Origin: Paramoeba atlantica
Lineage: Eukaryota > Protista > Discosea
Assembly: GCA_977017575.1 (NCBI GenBank)
Contig: CDRNVI010000043.1
Location: 558,001-622,000, forward strand
Direction: 5' to 3'
DNA: 64,000 nucleotides
Below the pieces are notes generated by a model. The model had not been told where the DNA came from. It made no database searches and saw only the letters and a program-made list of their open reading frames with translations. Position numbers and translations under genes: made by a program. Each line of letters opens with the position of its first letter. The first letter of the stretch is position 1. This document shows, piece by piece, positions 62,021 through 64,000 of this stretch.

Positions 62021-64000
62021 CTACAGCTGTAAAATGGCTTGAGAAACCTGAAAAGAAACGTCATCCTCAGCTCCGGCATCATCAGAAGATGTACCACGGT
62101 GTAGTAAAGTTTCCTGTTCTAATTTTATCAATGACTCTCGAATAAGTTGATACAACTCCGTGGAATTGACGCCACCCGCGATTTCTGGCGCACTGATGGC
62201 GAGGTAGTCCGCTATATCGGAAACACGAAATCCTTCTTGAGGCAATTCTGCAATCTTACTTTTTACAAGATCGTATATCTCCGACCCACGCGAGGACGAT
62301 GATTGATTTGACGCGTTGCTTTCATCAATATTAGGAATGCCTTGGTTCTCTTGTGCAAAGTCGGAACTGATGTCTGTGTGTGTCATTGAAGCCTTCATAA
62401 GTGTCAATGCCATTCGAACGTGATCCGTTCGGACTTCGTCGTCGAGGTGCAGTCGTGCAACGGCTTCGGATAACCGAATCATCGACTCAAGTTGCCTCGT
62501 GGTGTATCGAAACATTCGATGCGTCACCGTGCGCGTCTTCTCCATCCGAAGGTCTCGAAAAGCAATGGAGAGAAGGTCGCACGCACTCTCCGAAAGCCGA
62601 GGTTGTACACTCGTCGCATAACTCAGGTAGAGCATAAAGTCCTCATGGCTTAGTGTTTCGTTTGTGGTGTCTTCCGGTTGCTCGGAATTATGACGATGAA
62701 GGTCGGTGATTTTCTTTGCAAGCATTCTGTCCGATTTATTCGATGTATCAGCGAGAATAAATATCAAGTCAAAGCGTGAAATGATAGGTTGCGTCATGGT
62801 TACATTTTGGTGCAACGGTTTGCTGATGTTATAAATTCCACCAATAGGACTGGCAGCCGCAAGAATTGACGCTCGAGCTCTCAATGTGGCCTTAATTCCG
62901 GCCTTAGCAATAGAAATGGTTTGCTGTTCCATCGCCTCGTGAATGGCCACCATATCCGCCGGGTCCATCTTGTCGAAGTCATCAATGCAACACAACCCAT
63001 TGTCGGCTAACATCAACGCTCCTGCCTCGATCGTAAACTCCCCCGTGTCTGGGTCCTTGGCGACACTTGCCGTTAGTCCTGCGGCGGTGGAGGTCTTTCC
63101 GCTGGTGTATATCCCACGCGGGGCAATCTTGGAGGCCCATTTCAGAAAGTGGGATTTCCCGACAGCAGGGTCTCCAATTAAGCACAAGTTAATGTCCCCT
63201 CGCAAGGAAGACCCGTCCCGGGTCTTTTTGTGCACACCCCCGACCTGCTGCAGGAGTACACCCAGCTTGACCAGAGCGTACCCGAACAAATTCGGGCACA
63301 CACTATGCACCAGGGTGTTAAAAAACCCATCCCGGGAGACAACACGTGACGCGACGCTCTCCTGTTTGCTTCGAAGCTCTTTGGAAAGACTAAACGACTT
63401 TGTTTTCTCGTCTGCAAAAGGACGGTTGGGTGCGTACCCGGCTCGATTCGTTACTGTCATTGCAATGAAACAAAGTTTATAGGCGAGTGTGCGGGCACCA
63501 AGTTTTTTAAGCCCCTCCACACCCTCGGTTCCCATATCCGCCCTCCTTCCCTCGTTTGCATTGGGTGCCGCATCATCCACTCGGTGGGTAAGTTCCCGTC
63601 TCTCCTGCTGCGAGAACAGTTTCCCCACCTCCGGAATCATCGAAATAAACCCAATAAACCGCAACTTGTCCCCGGGAAGGGCCCGTTCCACGGACTCCCC
63701 CCTTAGAATCACATCAATACTCCGTGGGGTGGATCCCGGAAGCAGGGCCTCGGAGTCTTCCTGTACTTTTAGCTTCTGCCAGTCATTTAAAATGGTGTTG
63801 CGGTTGTAGACGACTGCCCACTGGTCGCGGTTCCCGCACCCATCCTGTTTACACACGATCGGGGTGGTGTAGGTGTAATTCTGTAGCACCGGGTCACTCA
63901 CGCAGCCACAGTTCTGACACGAGAAACAGGTCTGTAGCAACTCCGGGCGGACTTGGGTCATCCGGGTCACGGTGGCATGGAGGTTGCAGAGCAGACCGCA
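62021..64000 (-). CDS. MCM6: MCM6 replicative helicase subunit (5' end outside the window)
   Basis: Frame open to position 64000; VRPELL...C..C, LRGDINLCLIGDPAVGKS, YTSGKTSTAAGLTASV..D...EFTIEAGALMLADNG, IHEAMEQQTISIAKAG, SRFDL. Confidence 0.9.
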   Translation of the reverse strand, partial: CGLLCNLHATVTRMTQVRPELLQTCFSCQNCGCVSDPVLQNYTYTTPIVCKQDGCGNRDQWAVVYNRNTILNDWQKLKVQEDSEALLPGSTPRSIDVILRGESVERALPGDKLRFIGFISMIPEVGKLFSQQERRELTHRVDDAAPNANEGRRADMGTEGVEGLKKLGARTLAYKLCFIAMTVTNRAGYAPNRPFADEKTKSFSLSKELRSKQESVASRVVSRDGFFNTLVHSVCPNLFGYALVKLGVLLQQVGGVHKKTRDGSSLRGDINLCLIGDPAVGKSHFLKWASKIAPRGIYTSGKTSTAAGLTASVAKDPDTGEFTIEAGALMLADNGLCCIDDFDKMDPADMVAIHEAMEQQTISIAKAGIKATLRARASILAAASPIGGIYNISKPLHQNVTMTQPIISRFDLIFILADTSNKSDRMLAKKITDLHRHNSEQPEDTTNETLSHEDFMLYLSYATSVQPRLSESACDLLSIAFRDLRMEKTRTVTHRMFRYTTRQLESMIRLSEAVARLHLDDEVRTDHVRMALTLMKASMTHTDISSDFAQENQGIPNIDESNASNQSSSSRGSEIYDLVKSKIAELPQEGFRVSDIADYLAISAPEIAGGVNSTELYQLIRESLIKLEQETLLHRGTSSDDAGAEDDVSFQVSQAILQL

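Noticed and set aside
4350-63809. Many plus-strand ORFs overlapping long minus-strand genes (e.g. 4676-4957, 5245-5691, 29647-30075, 62943-63482)
   Set aside because: Antisense shadows of conserved genes with no recognisable motifs
1-64000. Spliced-leader RNA gene, rRNA genes and telomeric repeats
   Set aside because: No SL exon-like core (CAGTTTCTGTAC...TTG), rRNA-like sequence or TTAGGG array recognised by eye

Overview
Eukaryotic nuclear DNA, almost certainly a kinetoplastid. A Perkinsela-like prokinetoplastid is my best guess, inferred from the mtHsp70 C-terminus, the intron-free genes and the LRR family style. About 25 host genes all lie head-to-tail on the minus strand, consistent with one polycistronic unit: mtHsp70, REV7-like HORMA, LRR, AlkB-like dioxygenase, ankyrin, PRP18, CET1, COQ5, STRAP, GCN1, GlyRS, ELP3, a CDF transporter, MOG1, ATP11, an SF1 helicase, a coiled-coil protein, MCTS1, CAF1, RPA12 and a 5'-truncated MCM6. 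The first 28.5 kb carries four islands of nested, mostly defective DNA transposons (Tc1-like, pogo-like, two hAT families, a Harbinger-like element, Merlin/ISXO2-like fragments and MITEs), many with readable TIRs and target-site duplications (TSDs). The remaining 35 kb is gene-dense and almost TE-free. Best leads: (1) the range of DNA-transposon superfamilies in a lineage known mainly for retroelements; (2) a four-level transposon nest and repeated insertion just inside other elements' ends; (3) a hAT element whose junction reads as a 6-bp TSD; (4) PRP18 split by a 17-bp templated duplication; (5) MCM6 with degenerate Walker B and sensor-1 residues. All family assignments are from motif recognition by eye; no database searches were run.
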